64,000 bases of DNA, from positions 160,766,001 to 160,830,000 of the forward strand of contig NC_042998.1 in NCBI RefSeq assembly GCF_006345805.1, written 5' to 3'. This DNA comes from Octopus sinensis. Lineage: Eukaryota. The notes beneath the pieces were generated by a model. The model was not told the origin of the DNA. It made no database searches and saw only the letters and a list, made by a program, of their open reading frames with translations. The translations under genes were made by a program, and so were the position numbers. Positions 61,229 to 64,000 of the stretch are shown piece after piece. Numbering within the stretch: position 1 is the first letter of the stretch; every line of letters begins with the position of its first letter.

Positions 61229-62117
61229 TGTAGTCTGATCAATAAGTATTCGGACTGTTGCTATAGTGACGAAGCTAAGGCACACAGAGTAAAGCTGCTT
61301 GCAACAGATTGACCTTGAACACCACTGTGTGTGTGCACTAAGTTTTAACATTCTAGCTCACTTCTGCTGTTTGCAGCAGTGTTTAGAAGGAACGTGTGTA
61401 GTGTGTGTTCATCACATTGACCATGAGAGAGAACATTGAACAGAAAATCTGTATCAAATTTTGCCAAAAGCTTGGTGATACCTGCTCAGTGGCCTACGCA
61501 AAGTTTTCAAAAACTTTTCATCGTTCTTGACACAATCAAGGAGATCTTGTGCAACTGAAACCCAAGTGTCTTTTTGGTCAGCTGAAAACAGTTTTGGCAC
61601 TAACCTGGCAGACACGTGTCTCACACCCAGATCTTCAGTGATAATGGACTGAACTGAACCATAACTAATCTGCACATCCTCTGATAACTAAAGGGTGGTG
61701 ATTCGGCGATTTCCCCTCACAACTGCATGCACATCTGCGATGTTTTTCTCAGTTCTGCTGGTTGTAGGTCTCCCAGAACTTTTGTCAATATCAACATTTT
61801 TCGGTCATCTTGGAAATGTCTGAACCACTGGTACTCTTGTGCTCATACACTCCTCTCCATACACTTTCTGCAACTTTGCATAGGCCTCTGAGTAGGTATC
61901 ACCATGACAACTTTCTCTGTCATGGTCAATGTGATGATCACATGTTCCACATGTTACTTCGAAGTACTGCTGTAAACAGTGGAAATGAGCTACAATGTTA
62001 AAACTTTGTGCATATGTACATCAGAGATCAAAGTCAATCTGTGCCAAACAGCTTTACTCCGTGTGCTTTAGCTTCATTACTATGCCAACAGTCTGGATAC
62101 TTATTGATCAGACCTTG
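61229..62117. mobile_element. mariner derivative made of two opposed 5' ends (889 bp, TA-flanked)
   Basis: + arm 61229-61503 = TIR, 5' UTR and MRENIEQKICIKFCQKLGDTCSVAYAK. - arm 62117-61504 = TIR, 5' UTR and transposase N-half through VSARLVPKL...NDEKFLK. Confidence 0.9.
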
Positions 62118-62124
62118 TATATAA

Positions 62125-62335
62125 ACTGGCTGAATCATAACCACACCAAGCAAAATGCTTAGCGGCATTTCATTCATCTTTATGTTCTGAGTTCAAATTC
62201 TGCCAAGGTCAACTTTACTTTTTATCCTTTTGGGGTCGATAAATTAAGAACCAGTTGAGTACTGAGGTCAATGTAATTAACTTACCCTCTTACCCCAAAT
62301 CGCTGGCCTTGTGTCAAAAGATAAAACCAATATAC
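62125..62335 (+). mobile_element. SINE family B
   Basis: CTGAGTTCAAATTCTGCCAAGGTCAACTTTACTTTTTATCCTTTTGGGGTCGATAAATTAAGAACCAGTTGAG. Confidence 0.85.
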
Positions 62336-62456
62336 ATATAGTAGGTGGAAAACATGTGACTGGTCATAATGATTAGCTCCCTAAAAAATATATATTACTG
62401 CTCTAATGTTGTACAGTGTGCTCTTTTGGGGACATATGAACTACTGACGATATCTA

Positions 62457-62514
<58 letters not shown>

Positions 62515-62524
62515 CAACAACAAT

Positions 62525-62935
62525 ACCTATGACTAAAACAATACCTGACTAAAACAATAACCATTGTCATAGGTGCCTTAGGAATGATAGCAGACTAAAA
62601 CAATACCTGTTGTCATAGGAATGATAGCAAAAGGGGCTGATTGCTACCTAGCTCAGATACCAGGAAACACCAAAATGGCAGAAATTCAAAAGATAGTGCT
62701 CATGGGAACTGCCCATATCCTATGTAAAATACTGTCTATGTAAACTCAAATTTTAAAATAAACACAATTTTCTCATGGTTTCTTAAACATTCTCTAGAAC
62801 AACACTATGTACAAAACCAAATATATGGCACCCTAGGCATAACACCAACATGAACTTCTAACTTGTTGTCTCTTGAGGTCTCTGGGTGAGACTTGGAGCC
62901 AACTTGTACAAATGCAAAGCAAAAGTCAAGCATAA

Positions 62936-62990
<55 letters not shown>
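62525..62990 (+). mobile_element. R4/Dong-clade LINE 3' end inside a (TAA)n array
   Basis: KTIPVVIG(ALG)MIAKGADCYLAQIPGNTKMAEIQKIVLMGTAHILCKILSM* (restriction-like endonuclease C-terminus); (TAA)n at 62459-62510 and 62935-62988. Confidence 0.88.
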
Positions 62991-63559
62991 GCCCTAGGAT
63001 GGAATTTATAAACATTTAATGCATTGCCATGTGAGTTTCCACAAATTACATGACTTTTAAGATCACAGTCTGTCTTTCTGGTATGATTACAGTGTAGTCT
63101 TAAGTGTCTGTGGGAATCTGGTTGATCATCCTCATTGATTCATTTATTCAGGTGATATAGTATTAGTGGAGGAAACACAGGGGGGCGTTTTGCTCTTTTT
63201 ACCAGTATGAAGGTCAAGCGAGTTATGTGGGTATTTCTGTGTGTATTTGGTGGGGAGGAATAGGTGATGGGAATAGAGGAAGGAATGGTAGTTATATGGG
63301 GATGAAGTTGTGTGGTGGTGGTGGTGGATTTATTTTGCTATTTATTTTGCTATTCATTCAGCAAATTTTAAAGATAGGAAGTAGATTCTTTTGTTTGATT
63401 TCATTTAAGACATGACTATCTTCAATAAATTCTGAACTCAACAAGGGTCAAGTACTGCTGCTACACAGTGGGGTTTAGTGACTTAATTGGTAAACGTTAC
63501 TTTCGTATGGTGACCTCTATATTGCTTTTGTTGGTATAGTATATAACATCTCAAATATT

Positions 63560-64000
63560 GGTTGGTTTGTTTGGGTGGAATAGGATTAATACGATGCAAA
63601 CAAAACAATTCACAATCACAAGACATTCTACATAACAAATATCCAATAAAATAAACAATCACCAGAGGTCAAATTACCCAGTGCATTACACAATACAAGC
63701 ACTAATATAACAAAGATTGCACAAGACCCCATGGCAAAAGGAACTGAAGCAAAACAATACCAAGAAGATTTTGCACTCACCCAACAACAAAAAAGAATAC
63801 ACAATGTTGCTGCACACACCCCGTAACATGGAGGTGTTTGGTATCTAGCCTGTTGGTGGTTGTTTATTTTATTGGATATTTGCTATATAGAATGTGTCCT
63901 GTGTTTGAGGATTGGTTTGCTTCTGTTATATTGTTTAATTGATAGTGTCTTGTGTAGGATGTGGACTGTTCCTAGCAAGGATAATGTGTAGTGTTGAGGG
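63560..64000. repeat. Inverted repeat (about 63595-63665 vs 63853-63925) around a possible Penelope fragment
   Basis: ACATTCTACATAACAAATATCCAATAAAATAAACAATCACCA vs TGGTGGTTGTTTATTTTATTGGATATTTGCTATATAGAATGT; spacer frame ...YTMLLHTPRNMEVFG is weakly PLE-like. Confidence 0.65.

Overview
AT-rich, repeat-saturated eukaryotic genomic DNA. It is very probably from an octopus (coleoid cephalopod); this is an inference from the SINE families, RTE LINE tails and dense (TA)n/(TACA)n/(CAT)n microsatellites. No host protein-coding gene could be identified with confidence, and nearly all entries of the ORF track are microsatellite artefacts or transposon remnants. The window reads as intergenic or large-intron DNA. 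Retroelements present: RTE, CR1-like and R4/Dong LINEs (one CR1-like copy is ~4.2 kb and near full length), Penelope-like elements (PLEs), a Ty3/Gypsy integrase remnant and three tRNA-type SINE families. The SINE families are labelled here A (core GGCACCTTGGGCAAGTGTCTTCTACTATAG), B (GGTGAGCTGGCAGAA...GAGTTCAAATTC...AAGGTCAACTTTGCCTTTCATCC) and C (head GGAGGTGCAATGGCCCAGTGG). DNA elements present: DD34D mariners, DD37D (maT) Tc1/mariners, two Helitron-type elements and several MITEs. The most unusual structures are: (i) two copies of a ~215-bp element carrying a minimal hammerhead-ribozyme-like core; (ii) a ~210-bp-arm near-perfect fold-back at 36.7-37.2 kb; (iii) a mariner derivative built from two 5' ends; (iv) an RTE copy with an internal inversion fused to an R4/Dong fragment; (v) a 16-bp minisatellite born from a SINE motif that creates clustered NR5A-type sites. 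Two repeat-poor zones (4.5-5.8 kb on +, 47.8-51.2 kb on -) carry splice signals and may be untranslated exons. All coordinates and identities were read by eye; element boundaries are approximate unless TIR/TSD positions are given.
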